Source: a virus (lineage: Duplodnaviria > Caudoviricetes). Taken from it: a stretch of 64,000 bases of DNA. Under the pieces are notes generated by a model. That model searched no databases, was not told where the DNA came from, and saw only the letters and a program-made list of their open reading frames with translations. Position 1 is the first letter of the stretch; each line of letters starts with the position of its first letter. The stretch lies in IMG/VR virus record IMGVR_UViG_3300032312_001822, positions 1 through 64,000 of that record. One strand, 5' to 3'. A program made the position numbers and the translations under genes. Of this stretch, positions 54,194 to 64,000 are shown piece by piece.

Positions 54194-55097
54194 TTTACAA
54201 ACCACTGTATCTAGTAATTCTAAAGGAGGAGGAAGTAGTGGTAATACTTTTTTCTTTGCTAGAGTTAATGATATTTTATTATCAACTAATACTGTAACTG
54301 AAAATTTTTTTAATGATGCAGGTGGTTGGTCAGGGTTAGGTTCTATTAAGTTTACTCAATTAGGAACTACTACTGATGATGATAAACCCTCTCAATTAAT
54401 TGCAAAACCACTTTTTACTAATATAATACAATATCCTATTTTACAAGAAATTGTATTAATTTTACAAGCACCTTCTGATGGTTTAAATTCTGACCCTCAA
54501 TCTAAAACTTATTATTATTTAACTACTATAGGTTTATGGAATAGTATTCACCATAATGCTTTCCCTGATATACTTAATTTTAATAAAAAAATTAATAAAA
54601 AGAATGATAATTCTATTCAGCAAGTAGAAGAAGGTAGTACAACATCAACCTCTCCTAATACTGATGTTTTAAAATTTGGTAATTCTTTTAAAGAAAAATC
54701 AGGTATTAGAACATTACTTCCAGAAGAGGGAGATATTATGGTTGAAGGAAGATGGGGACAATCTATTAGATTTTCATCAACAACAGCTAAGAAATTACCA
54801 ACTAATTCATGGAGTGCTCAGGGTGAATTAGGATCACCTATTACTATTATACGTAATGGGCAAACTAAAGAGCAAAACACCTCAGCACCATGGGTTCCAA
54901 TTTACGAAGATATTAATAAAGATGGATCCTCAATTTATATGTCATCAGGTCAAGATATACCTTTAGAACTTGCTTCTAAAAATTTAAAATCTTTTGATAT
55001 AACTGTAGGAGCAGCATTTAATTCTGCATTACAAATTCCTGATCCGTTTTTCCCATCACCTGATATTTCACCTAAACAAGCAGATAATCTTAAATAA
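54174..55097 (+). CDS. Baseplate hub/spike-associated protein (gp5-like)
   Basis: LPEEGDIMVEGRWGQSIRF, EDINKDGSSIY; baseplate context. Confidence 0.55.
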   Translation: MSSLYPSLQTTVSSNSKGGGSSGNTFFFARVNDILLSTNTVTENFFNDAGGWSGLGSIKFTQLGTTTDDDKPSQLIAKPLFTNIIQYPILQEIVLILQAPSDGLNSDPQSKTYYYLTTIGLWNSIHHNAFPDILNFNKKINKKNDNSIQQVEEGSTTSTSPNTDVLKFGNSFKEKSGIRTLLPEEGDIMVEGRWGQSIRFSSTTAKKLPTNSWSAQGELGSPITIIRNGQTKEQNTSAPWVPIYEDINKDGSSIYMSSGQDIPLELASKNLKSFDITVGAAFNSALQIPDPFFPSPDISPKQADNLK

Positions 55098-55516
55098 TGG
55101 CAGACTACAAACCAGACTTTCCTTACTTAGGAGAACAAATAATAATAAATTCAGGTAGAGTTATTCTTAATTCTAAGGATGATTCTGTGTTTTTATTTGG
55201 TAAAAAAGCTATAGGTTTTTCATCAGCGGGTACTATTAATTTTGATGCTGATGAGGCAGTTATAGTTAATGCCCCTGAAATTTATTTAGGTTTAGGTGCT
55301 ACAGAACCTTTAGTTAAAGGTACTCAATTAACTATAATGTTAGATGATATATTAGATGCTTTAAGAGTTTTAGCGGCTCAATTAGATGGTACTCAAGATA
55401 GTAATGGAGTATTTTTAACTAATATAATAACAGCTAGTGATAGTTTAAGTAAATCTGTAGGTAGAATTAAATCTCGATTAAAAGATATAACCTCTAATCA
55501 AAATTACACTGTATAA
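55097..55516 (+). CDS. Baseplate spike beta-helix-like protein
   Basis: QIIINSGRVILNSK, IYLG..A.EPLVKG. Confidence 0.55.
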   Translation: MADYKPDFPYLGEQIIINSGRVILNSKDDSVFLFGKKAIGFSSAGTINFDADEAVIVNAPEIYLGLGATEPLVKGTQLTIMLDDILDALRVLAAQLDGTQDSNGVFLTNIITASDSLSKSVGRIKSRLKDITSNQNYTV

Positions 55517-56976
55517 TGGCTATACCAACCGGGTTATCTGATATTTTAACTAAAACAGCTCCTAAGCGTATAAATGACGCTGTGGAGAAGATATTAGATA
55601 TCCTAAATAAAGTTAATGAGGCTGTCAGAAAAATTAATGAGATAGATTTTTGTAACCCTTTAGGATATATTTTAACTAAAGCTTTACCTCCAGGAGGAGT
55701 TTTAGAAAATAAAATGTTAAAATATGCTAAATCTGTAACAGATTTTATAAATAAACAAGAAGAAAAATTAGATCCTTTTAAAAGAGAAAATGAAACTGAA
55801 GAACAATATAAAACTAGATTATTATCATATCAAGCATCAATTGAAGAGATAAGAGTATCTTTAGAAGAAATTATACCTCCCCCAGATTTAGTAGAAATAT
55901 TTCCAGGTGGAGAAGGTTTAGTACAAACTATTAATCAAATTAATTCAGTTTTAACCTCTACAAGTAATACTCTTGATGCTAAAGTTGATCCTAAACAGAC
56001 TATTTTAAATCAAATATCTTTTATTAAATCTTTTGCTGATAAATTAAGACCTTTTATGAGTCCTATTAATATAGCTACTTTAGCTATAGGAGATCAAGCT
56101 GAGGAGTTAAATAAAAAATTAAGAGATTTTATTAGACCTGAACGATTTGCTTCAAGTGTAGCTTTTATTATAAGACAAGTAAAAGCTATAGATAAAGCTA
56201 TTTTGCAAATTCAAAAAATGGTTCAATTAATTAATACTATTTTAAAGGTAATAAATATTCTTATAAAAATCTTTAAATTTGTATGTAAAATATTAAAAAT
56301 AGCTCCTATACCTGTAGCTGTTGGTGGTGGTGGTTCTCCTGTTATAGCAGTAACAACAGGTTCATTAACTTCAAAAGCAGATAGAGTGGCGAAATTCCAA
56401 GCTGATATTGATGATTATGGTAAAGTAATTAGAATGATATCTAATTTTTTAAGTAAAAGTATAATTCTTCAAATACAAAGAATAAGAAAAGAAATTATAA
56501 GATTATTAACAGGTTTAAATATTTTATATAAAAATCTTTTAGCATGTCCATATACAAATGATCCTTTATTAGAGCAAAGTTTACAAAGTGCTATCTCTTC
56601 TCTAGAAAATAATTTAACTACTTTAGATAATTTATTTCCTACAGCTAAAACAGATACTCTTTTACCTTCATTATATGGAGGATATGAAATTGATATTATT
56701 AAAGAAGAAGTTGTTGACGCTGGAATAAAATTATTACGAAGAAGAGTAATAGTTGCTGATCAAAGAGGAATTACAGTTTATGAAGGTACACCTACTTTTG
56801 CTTCTGATGATCAGGTTTTAATAAAAGAAGGTCAATATCAAGTAGATAAATTAGGAAATGTAGGTACTAGTGATGAAGGTAACTCTGCTCCTACTAATCA
56901 ACAAATAATAGATGATATGAATGAATTAGGATTCAACCCAGATAATGTCACTGTTACTCCTGATGACATAGATTAA
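55516..56976 (+). CDS. Helical structural-module protein
   Basis: ORF track; 486 aa; context only. Confidence 0.6.
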   Translation: MAIPTGLSDILTKTAPKRINDAVEKILDILNKVNEAVRKINEIDFCNPLGYILTKALPPGGVLENKMLKYAKSVTDFINKQEEKLDPFKRENETEEQYKTRLLSYQASIEEIRVSLEEIIPPPDLVEIFPGGEGLVQTINQINSVLTSTSNTLDAKVDPKQTILNQISFIKSFADKLRPFMSPINIATLAIGDQAEELNKKLRDFIRPERFASSVAFIIRQVKAIDKAILQIQKMVQLINTILKVINILIKIFKFVCKILKIAPIPVAVGGGGSPVIAVTTGSLTSKADRVAKFQADIDDYGKVIRMISNFLSKSIILQIQRIRKEIIRLLTGLNILYKNLLACPYTNDPLLEQSLQSAISSLENNLTTLDNLFPTAKTDTLLPSLYGGYEIDIIKEEVVDAGIKLLRRRVIVADQRGITVYEGTPTFASDDQVLIKEGQYQVDKLGNVGTSDEGNSAPTNQQIIDDMNELGFNPDNVTVTPDDID

Positions 56977-57007
56977 AAACAAGTTGTATTATTAAATATT
57001 TATAATT

Positions 57008-57487
57008 ATGAATTTAGAAGCTTTAAGAAAATTAATCAGAGAAGAAATGAGAACTGTAATTAGGGAGGAACTAAAAGGTATCCTTACTGAAGCGGTAGTC
57101 ATAGCAAGTACACCTGAAATAAAATCTCAAGTTCAAAACTTTAAACCTCATGTTAAAACTGAGTCTACTTACAAACCTAAATTTTCAGAAATTTTAGCTG
57201 AAAAGAAAACTCCTGTATCTACTGGAAATCCAATATTTGATTTATTAAATGAAACTGCAAACGAAGGTGAATGGAGATCTATAAACGGTGGTTATAACGC
57301 GCAAGATGCTGTAAGTTGGGTTGGTGGAATGCCAGGTATGGGAGGTATGAATACTCCTGTAGTATCATCGGTAGATCAAATGATATCAAAACATGCCCCT
57401 GTGCATGATATCAATGATGTAAGAATAGATGCTGTACCTGATTTTACAGGATTAATGGGTAAATTAAAAGAAAACGGTAAATTATAA
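57008..57487 (+). CDS. Late hypothetical protein
   Basis: LRKLIREE..IREEL..ILTE N-terminus; ATATTTAT upstream. Confidence 0.65.
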   Translation: MNLEALRKLIREEMRTVIREELKGILTEAVVIASTPEIKSQVQNFKPHVKTESTYKPKFSEILAEKKTPVSTGNPIFDLLNETANEGEWRSINGGYNAQDAVSWVGGMPGMGGMNTPVVSSVDQMISKHAPVHDINDVRIDAVPDFTGLMGKLKENGKL

Positions 57488-57897
57488 TGGCTTATAATGT
57501 AATTAATATTAATCCTTTAGACTTACAACCTAGTAAAGGTGTAGGTATTAAAGTACCATTTGATGGTCCTACAGGATTAAATATAACTTACACTACTAAA
57601 GATGCTGTTAAATCTAATATTTTAAATTTCTTTCTAACAGGTAAAAGAGAAAGACTAATGAATCCTAATATGGGAGCGGGTATTAGAGAACAACTATTTG
57701 AACAAATTACAAATAATACCGCAGAAAATTTAGAAGACATTATAAAATTTGGTTTAGGTGATTATTTCCCTCAAATTCAATTAAATGATTTGAATGTTAA
57801 TGCTTCACCTGATCAAAATTTAATACAAATTTATTTTAGTTATTCAATAAAGAATACTAATATGCAAGACGAAATTACAATAAATTTCAATAATTAA
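57487..57897 (+). CDS. Baseplate wedge protein (gp25-like)
   Basis: KSNILNFFLTGKRERLMNPNMG..QLFE. Confidence 0.85.
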   Translation: MAYNVININPLDLQPSKGVGIKVPFDGPTGLNITYTTKDAVKSNILNFFLTGKRERLMNPNMGAGIREQLFEQITNNTAENLEDIIKFGLGDYFPQIQLNDLNVNASPDQNLIQIYFSYSIKNTNMQDEITINFNN

Positions 57898-57899
57898 TA

Positions 57900-59780
57900 A
57901 TGGCTAATTCAAAGACCGTACAATACTTAAATAAAGATTTTGATAGTTTAAAAGCTCAATTAATAAATTTTGCTCAAACTTACTATCCAAATACTTATAA
58001 TGATTTTAATGAGGCTTCACCTGGTATGATGCTTATTGAAATGGCATCTTATGTAGGGGATGTTTTATCATTTTATATTGATAATCAAATACAAGAGAAT
58101 TTTCTTCAATTTGCTAAACAAAGAAAAAATTTATTAGCTCAAGCTTACACTTTTGGTTACCAACCTAAGGTAACTAAAGCTGCTTCTGTATTATTATCAG
58201 TTTATCAAGTAGTACCTTCAACTATAGCCTCAGGTCAATATGAACCTGATTTTAATTATGCTTTAATTTTAGAAGAAGGAGGTAAAGTATCATCAAATTT
58301 AGATTCTAATGTTCAATTCTTTATAAATGAAAAATTAGACTTTTCAAGATCTACACCTGGCTCTGAAACAGAAATCTCAGTTTATTCTACTGATGTTTTT
58401 CAGAATCCTCAATTTTATTTATTAAAGAAAACAGTTAAAGCATCAGCAGGAACTTTAACCTCTACTAGTATAACATTTGGTAATCCTGAGCGTTTTCCTA
58501 CAGTAGATATTATTGACACTAATATTATTGAAATAGTTAGTGTAGTTGATTCTAATAATAATAAATGGTATGAGGTACCTTATTTAGCTCAAGATACAAT
58601 TTTTGAACCTACAGCTAATATAGCTCAAAATGATCCTAATTTATCTCAATATAATGAGACTGTACCTTATTTATTAAAATTAAAAAAAGTACCTAGAAGA
58701 TTTGTAACTAGATTTAAAGCTAATAACCAAATGCAAATGCAATTTGGACCTGGGGTTTCATCAGGAGCAGATGAAGAAATTATTCCTAATTCAGATAATA
58801 TAGGTTTAGGATTACCTTATGGGGTAAATAAAATGACAACTGCGTTTGATCCTTCAAACTTCTTATATACTCAAACTTATGGAATAGCACCTTCAAATAC
58901 TACTTTAACTGTAAATTATTTAAAAGGTGGGGGAGCAACTTCAAACGCCCCTGTAGGTACATTAACTCAAAATTCAGGTGTCACTACTACATTTAATGGT
59001 AATAATATAGATACTACTTTATCTAATACAGTTTTAGCTTCTTTAGCTTTTAATAATGAAGATGCTGCTAACGGTGGAGGAGATGGAGATACAAATGAGC
59101 AAATAAGACAAAACGCTTTATCATCATATCCTACTCAATTAAGAACTGTAACTAAAGATGATTATATTATTAGAGCTTTATCTTTACCTTCAAAATTTGG
59201 AGTAGTTTCAAAAGCTTATATAAATCAAGATATTAGTATCCAAAATAATTTCACAACAGATTTAATGGCTACTCAAAATTATAATGCTATTTCATTATAT
59301 ATTTTATCCAGAGATAATGATAATAAATTAATAGTACCTAATAATGCTTTAAAACAAAATCTAAAAACTTATCTTTCTCAATATAGAATGATAACTGATG
59401 CTGTTAATATAAATAATGCTTTTATTATTAATATTGGAGTAAATTTTGAAATTATAGTTAGACCTAATTATAATAATAGATTAGTATTAAATAATTGTTT
59501 AACAGCGTTACAATCATATTTCCAAATAGATAAATGGCAAATAAACCAACCTATAATTTTACCAGAAATTTATAGTAATCTAGATCAAATTGAAGGAGTT
59601 CAAACTGTACAAAAAGTAGAAATTGTAAATAAAGCCGGAAGTAATACTAATTATTCACCATATTCATATGATATTAAAGGAGCTACAATTAATAATATAG
59701 TTTATCCATCATTAGATCCAAGTATTTTTGAAGTTAAATTTCCTACAACAGACATACAAGGTAGAGTAGTTACTTTTTAA
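57900..59780 (+). CDS. Baseplate wedge subunit (gp6 / baseplate-J-like)
   Basis: DFDSLK..YNDF..GMMLIE, GGGDGDT..IR..A, RTVTKDDY. Confidence 0.85.
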   Translation: MANSKTVQYLNKDFDSLKAQLINFAQTYYPNTYNDFNEASPGMMLIEMASYVGDVLSFYIDNQIQENFLQFAKQRKNLLAQAYTFGYQPKVTKAASVLLSVYQVVPSTIASGQYEPDFNYALILEEGGKVSSNLDSNVQFFINEKLDFSRSTPGSETEISVYSTDVFQNPQFYLLKKTVKASAGTLTSTSITFGNPERFPTVDIIDTNIIEIVSVVDSNNNKWYEVPYLAQDTIFEPTANIAQNDPNLSQYNETVPYLLKLKKVPRRFVTRFKANNQMQMQFGPGVSSGADEEIIPNSDNIGLGLPYGVNKMTTAFDPSNFLYTQTYGIAPSNTTLTVNYLKGGGATSNAPVGTLTQNSGVTTTFNGNNIDTTLSNTVLASLAFNNEDAANGGGDGDTNEQIRQNALSSYPTQLRTVTKDDYIIRALSLPSKFGVVSKAYINQDISIQNNFTTDLMATQNYNAISLYILSRDNDNKLIVPNNALKQNLKTYLSQYRMITDAVNINNAFIINIGVNFEIIVRPNYNNRLVLNNCLTALQSYFQIDKWQINQPIILPEIYSNLDQIEGVQTVQKVEIVNKAGSNTNYSPYSYDIKGATINNIVYPSLDPSIFEVKFPTTDIQGRVVTF

Positions 59781-59821
59781 AGAAATTAATTTAATGTATA
59801 TTTATAATATATATTAGATTT

Positions 59822-60853
59822 ATGGCTATTTACAAAATATTTCCTGAAAAAGACACTTTCATTTCTCACTATCGCCCTACTCAAAACTTTGGTAGAGATG
59901 AAGTATTAGAAATTTCAAATGAAACTGAATTAACCTCATTACATGCTGATAAGACTAGAGCTTTAATACAATTCCCTACATCTCAAATATCAGATGTTAT
60001 TACTAATAAAGTAAGTGGTAGTTTTGTATCTTATCTAAGATTATTTCTAGCTACAGCTTATACTCCTTCAGATTATACAATATTAGCTTATCCAATTTCA
60101 AGAAGTTGGGAAATGGGATTAGGTAGATCTACTGATGATCCTATTAGTACTCTTGGATGTACTTGGAACGCCGCTGCTCAATCTTCAAGTTGGACCACTG
60201 CTGGTGGAGATTATTTGCAAAATATATCTTCGTCTCAAAATTTTAATTATATATCTAGTAAGGATGTTAACATGAATGTTAGCAACATAGTTCTAGGTTG
60301 GAATTCAAGTTCATTTCAAAATTATGGTATTTTATTAAAACAAAGTAGTAGTATAGAAGGAACTGATAATCCTCTTATCACTAAATTCTTTTCAATGGAT
60401 ACCCATACTATTTATCCTCCTCAATTAGAATTTAGGTGGGATGATAGTTTATATAATACTACTTTAACACAAATAACATCTTCAGATTTTATATCTACTA
60501 TATCTAATAATAAAACAGAATTTGAAGAAAATACAATTTATAAATTTAGAATTAAAGCCAGAGATAGATTCCCAGCTAGATCATTTTCAACAGTATCAGT
60601 TTATTTAACTACAAAAGCTTTACCATCAACAACATATTGGGCTTTAAAAGATGTTAAAACAGAAGAAATAGTAATTGATTTTGATACTACTTATACTAAA
60701 GTAAGTTGTGATAATACTAGTAATTATTTTAAATTATATATGGATGGTTTAGAACCTGAAAGATATTATCAAATTATATATAAAACTATATTATCAAGTG
60801 GTGAAACTGTAGTTATAGATGATCCATCAAATTATTTTAAAATAGTTAGATAA
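59822..60853 (+). CDS. Baseplate-associated beta-rich protein
   Basis: EKDTFI..QNFGRDEVLEI..NYGILLK..FFS..T.YPP, resembling DNRLRE-type modules. Confidence 0.55.
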   Translation: MAIYKIFPEKDTFISHYRPTQNFGRDEVLEISNETELTSLHADKTRALIQFPTSQISDVITNKVSGSFVSYLRLFLATAYTPSDYTILAYPISRSWEMGLGRSTDDPISTLGCTWNAAAQSSSWTTAGGDYLQNISSSQNFNYISSKDVNMNVSNIVLGWNSSSFQNYGILLKQSSSIEGTDNPLITKFFSMDTHTIYPPQLEFRWDDSLYNTTLTQITSSDFISTISNNKTEFEENTIYKFRIKARDRFPARSFSTVSVYLTTKALPSTTYWALKDVKTEEIVIDFDTTYTKVSCDNTSNYFKLYMDGLEPERYYQIIYKTILSSGETVVIDDPSNYFKIVR

Positions 60854-61188
60854 TGGCTGAATCAATTCAATTAAATAAAACAGTCTATGGTAAAATTACA
60901 TATCCTAATGTAATTAATACTCAATTTACTCAATTAGTAGGTGCAAATCCTGCTGATGGTCCTGTTCCTATTACTATAGAAGAATTTTTTCAAGCCTACA
61001 ATGATTTATTTTTTGAAATTCCTATTGATGGAGAATTTAATTCTCATTTAGAATTAATAAAAAGAAGTACAGAATATGTTGGTGTTACTCAAACACCAGA
61101 TGAAATTGATGCTTTACTAACAGAAATAAATCAATTAAGATTAGAAAATCTTAGATTAAATCAACAATTAGATGAATTAAATTCATAA
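60853..61188 (+). CDS. Hypothetical structural-module protein
   Basis: ORF track; C-terminal coiled coil. Confidence 0.65.
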   Translation: MAESIQLNKTVYGKITYPNVINTQFTQLVGANPADGPVPITIEEFFQAYNDLFFEIPIDGEFNSHLELIKRSTEYVGVTQTPDEIDALLTEINQLRLENLRLNQQLDELNS

Positions 61189-61197
61189 TAAAAATAA

Positions 61198-64000
61198 ATG
61201 GAAATAACTAATATATCAAGTCTAGATAGAAATACTTTTGTAAATCAAGACTATAATCCTAAAGATGAAATCCTACTAAATGCTCTAGAAGTAAATAGTG
61301 AGTTTGGTAATCCTGGGGATACAATAGAAATCCATATTATAGGCCCAAATGATGAGGTTATAGAGTCTGTTTATGATTTTGGAAATTACACAATAACAAA
61401 TACTCTTCAAGACACTTCTTTATATAATCAAATAGAATTAGACCCTAAATCAGATTTGGAGTCATTTGGTTATTTCTCAGGACAATATGATGTTAATTAT
61501 AATTTTTATAGACAATTATTTTTAAGTTCATACACTTCTAATTACTATATATCAGAAATATCATCAGATAGAACTGAAATAAAAATTAGTAATAATGATA
61601 TATCTTATACTAATTTAGGTCAAAATTACTTAAATTATGTGGCTACCAGAAATTCAAGAAATTTTTATTCAGATTTTATTTTAAATTTTGGAAGTAATGA
61701 TACATACATAGCTGTTAATGTAGCCTTAGATAATGTTAATACTACTATTCCAAGTTTATATATTAAATTATATGAACCACTCCCAGCTGAGATTGCTTTA
61801 AAAGATACTTTATGGTTAGTAGAATCTATATCTGAACCTTATTCATTTAGAGTAAATACAGATTTTATAGCTGAAGATATTAATACTACTGTTCCTTTAA
61901 AAGGACCAAATATTAATATTGATTTAAATGATAAGATTAATTTAACTACACCCTATTTAAATTTATCTAATTTATTAACTAATTCTTCTACTTCATCTTA
62001 TCAACAATTACAATCTTGGTTAGATGAAAAAAGTATAGAGATAACAGTTGATTATACTGATTTTCCTAATTTTGTTCACTTCTCATCCGCTGTTGAAAGA
62101 TTAGACAATTTTAAATATAAATTAACTCAAATTCAATCTTTACAATCAGATATAAATGCTTTAAATTCTATAAATCCTTTAACAGGTCCAACTTATATTA
62201 ATAGTAATAAAGCTATTTTACAAACTAAATTAGATACTCTTATCCAAAAATTAGATGGATATGAATATTACTTATATTATGAAACTGGCTCAAAAGCTTG
62301 GCCTAAAACTAATAATGTAAAACCTTATATTAACGCTGGAGTAAATGATCCTCAAGCTAGAACATGGTTTGGTAGTACTGATGAAAGTTCAAATTATTAT
62401 GGGGGAGAAATATTATCTGCTTCTAATTTTGATGCTTCTAATAGAGATTATATTTGGAATAATCTACCAGATTATATTAAAGCTGATTCTCAAAATTCTA
62501 ATTTAGAGTTATTTACATCAATGTTAGGTCAGCATTATGATTATATTTGGACTTATATTAAAGATATAACTGATATTCAAATTGCAGATAATAGAATTGA
62601 TTTTGGTATTTCAAAAGATTTAGTAGCTGATACTTTAAGAAGTTTTGGTATTAAATTATATACTAACTCTAGAAATCAAGATGATATTTATTCTTCTTTA
62701 TTAGGAATAAATGCTGAAGGTAGTTTTTTACCTTCAACCGGATCTTATTTAATTAATAATTATGTAACTGCATCTCAATATACTATCCCTGACAATGATA
62801 TTGTAAAAGAAACATATAAAAGGATTTATCACAACATGCCTTATTTACTTAAGACTCGTGGTACAAGAGCAGGGTTACGCGCATTAATCAACTGTTTTGG
62901 TATTCCTGAAACAATCTTAAAAGTAAGAGAATTTGGTGGTTTAGATAAAGATTCAAATAATGTAACTACATTTTATGAAAAATTCGCTTATGGATTTAAT
63001 ACTAATGGTAGTTCATCTTTATCAATACCTTGGTTACCTTTAAATTCACAATTTCTAGATACTACTTATAGAGATATAGTACCTGATACTTTAGAATTTA
63101 GATTTAAAACACCTGGTATACCAGATGTAAGTCATTATTCTCAATCATTATTTTATGTAACTTCTCCAACAGAAGGATTACAATTTGGTATTCAATTATT
63201 ATACCCTTCAGGAACTAACACTTCTTATAATACTACTGAGTTAAATGAAGCTTACTCTAAGTACGGAGAATTAAGATTCTTCTTATCAGGTTCACAAGGA
63301 TACGCTAAAACTTCTCCTTTATATTTACCTTTCTTTAATGGAGATTGGTGGAATATAAAATTAAATAGAGAAACAGGAAGTTTAAGATTAAACCAAACTG
63401 GTTCAGATAACACCTATACTTTATCTACTAAAAATTCTATATATAATGGATATAATGGAATTAGTGTAGGTTTTGAAGGTTCTACTTCTTTATTTATATC
63501 AGGTTCAACATCTTCTTCATATAATAGAGCATGGAGTAATTATACTACATTTGATGTTTCCCAACCATATGGATATGATTCACCTTTAGCTTTATATGAT
63601 TTTGATTTTGTACTTTATGATGATAATACAATTGTACCTCCATATTTTGGTTATTTAGGAGGAGATGGTACCCATAATTCACCTTTAGCTCCTAATAATA
63701 TTTTTAGTGGTTCATTTCAAGAATTTAGATATTGGATAGGTAATTTAGAAAATACATCATTTAATGATCATACTTTACATCCACGTTCTATAGTAGGTAA
63801 TAATACTTCAGCTTCATATTCTGAATTAAGTTTTAGATTACCTTTAGGAAATGAATTAGATAATAATTTAACTGAGTTTTTAACTTCAGCTCACCCTACA
63901 ATAGCAGGTAGTCAAATAACATCTTCATTCTTATTTGAATCAGGAAGTACTTCTGTAGTATTATCAACAGCAAAAATAAATAATTTAGCATCAGCTTCAT
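61198..64000 (+). CDS. Large baseplate wedge protein (gp7-like), truncated by the window end; not in ORF track
   Basis: ATG at 61198; frame 1 open at the lines checked through 64000 (about 934 codons); YLLKTRGTRAGLRALINCFGIP resembles the gp7/P2-I KGT..GL motif. Confidence 0.75.
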   Translation, partial: MEITNISSLDRNTFVNQDYNPKDEILLNALEVNSEFGNPGDTIEIHIIGPNDEVIESVYDFGNYTITNTLQDTSLYNQIELDPKSDLESFGYFSGQYDVNYNFYRQLFLSSYTSNYYISEISSDRTEIKISNNDISYTNLGQNYLNYVATRNSRNFYSDFILNFGSNDTYIAVNVALDNVNTTIPSLYIKLYEPLPAEIALKDTLWLVESISEPYSFRVNTDFIAEDINTTVPLKGPNINIDLNDKINLTTPYLNLSNLLTNSSTSSYQQLQSWLDEKSIEITVDYTDFPNFVHFSSAVERLDNFKYKLTQIQSLQSDINALNSINPLTGPTYINSNKAILQTKLDTLIQKLDGYEYYLYYETGSKAWPKTNNVKPYINAGVNDPQARTWFGSTDESSNYYGGEILSASNFDASNRDYIWNNLPDYIKADSQNSNLELFTSMLGQHYDYIWTYIKDITDIQIADNRIDFGISKDLVADTLRSFGIKLYTNSRNQDDIYSSLLGINAEGSFLPSTGSYLINNYVTASQYTIPDNDIVKETYKRIYHNMPYLLKTRGTRAGLRALINCFGIPETILKVREFGGLDKDSNNVTTFYEKFAYGFNTNGSSSLSIPWLPLNSQFLDTTYRDIVPDTLEFRFKTPGIPDVSHYSQSLFYVTSPTEGLQFGIQLLYPSGTNTSYNTTELNEAYSKYGELRFFLSGSQGYAKTSPLYLPFFNGDWWNIKLNRETGSLRLNQTGSDNTYTLSTKNSIYNGYNGISVGFEGSTSLFISGSTSSSYNRAWSNYTTFDVSQPYGYDSPLALYDFDFVLYDDNTIVPPYFGYLGGDGTHNSPLAPNNIFSGSFQEFRYWIGNLENTSFNDHTLHPRSIVGNNTSASYSELSFRLPLGNELDNNLTEFLTSAHPTIAGSQITSSFLFESGSTSVVLSTAKINNLASAS

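Noticed and set aside
1-64000. Stop-codon reassignment
   Set aside because: Conserved proteins (GroEL, FolE, ligase, clamp loader) are full length in the standard code, and TAA, TAG and TGA all end genes.

Overview
This is 64 kb of a strongly AT-rich, T4-like large phage genome, with essentially every gene on the + strand. The host is most likely Bacteroidota: the promoters are TTTG / TAnnTT-type, translation starts are A-rich with no Shine-Dalgarno, and there is a DUF4494-like gene and a lipoprotein. Layout: (1) 0-12 kb accessory genes, including a GH73 muramidase, a DIP1984-like gene followed by a structured non-coding RNA, and a queD-queE-folE-PRTase-NTP pyrophosphatase block. (2) 12-22 kb replication and chaperone genes: family B polymerase split in two around an 87-aa ORF, sliding clamp, clamp loader, Hsp20, GroES and GroEL. 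(3) 22-33.6 kb glycosyltransferase cluster. (4) 33.6-40 kb mixed genes, including thioredoxin and DNA ligase. (5) 40-49.7 kb array of about 20 promoter + short-ORF cassettes with consensus TTTGG-N17-CGTATATT. (6) 51.6-64 kb gp55-like late sigma factor followed by baseplate genes. The strongest novelty candidates are all absent from the ORF track and concern translation control. They are: an ArfA/BrfA-like ribosome-rescue ORF with a terminator inside its reading frame (41380-41556); two covarying hairpins whose loop and 3' arm are antisense to the shared start region of the cassette genes (44147, 45618); a tRNA-like RNA directly upstream of the first hairpin (44044-44145); and the UCAA-repeat RNA after the DIP1984-like gene (3649-3847). 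All family calls come from motif recognition by eye; no database search was run.
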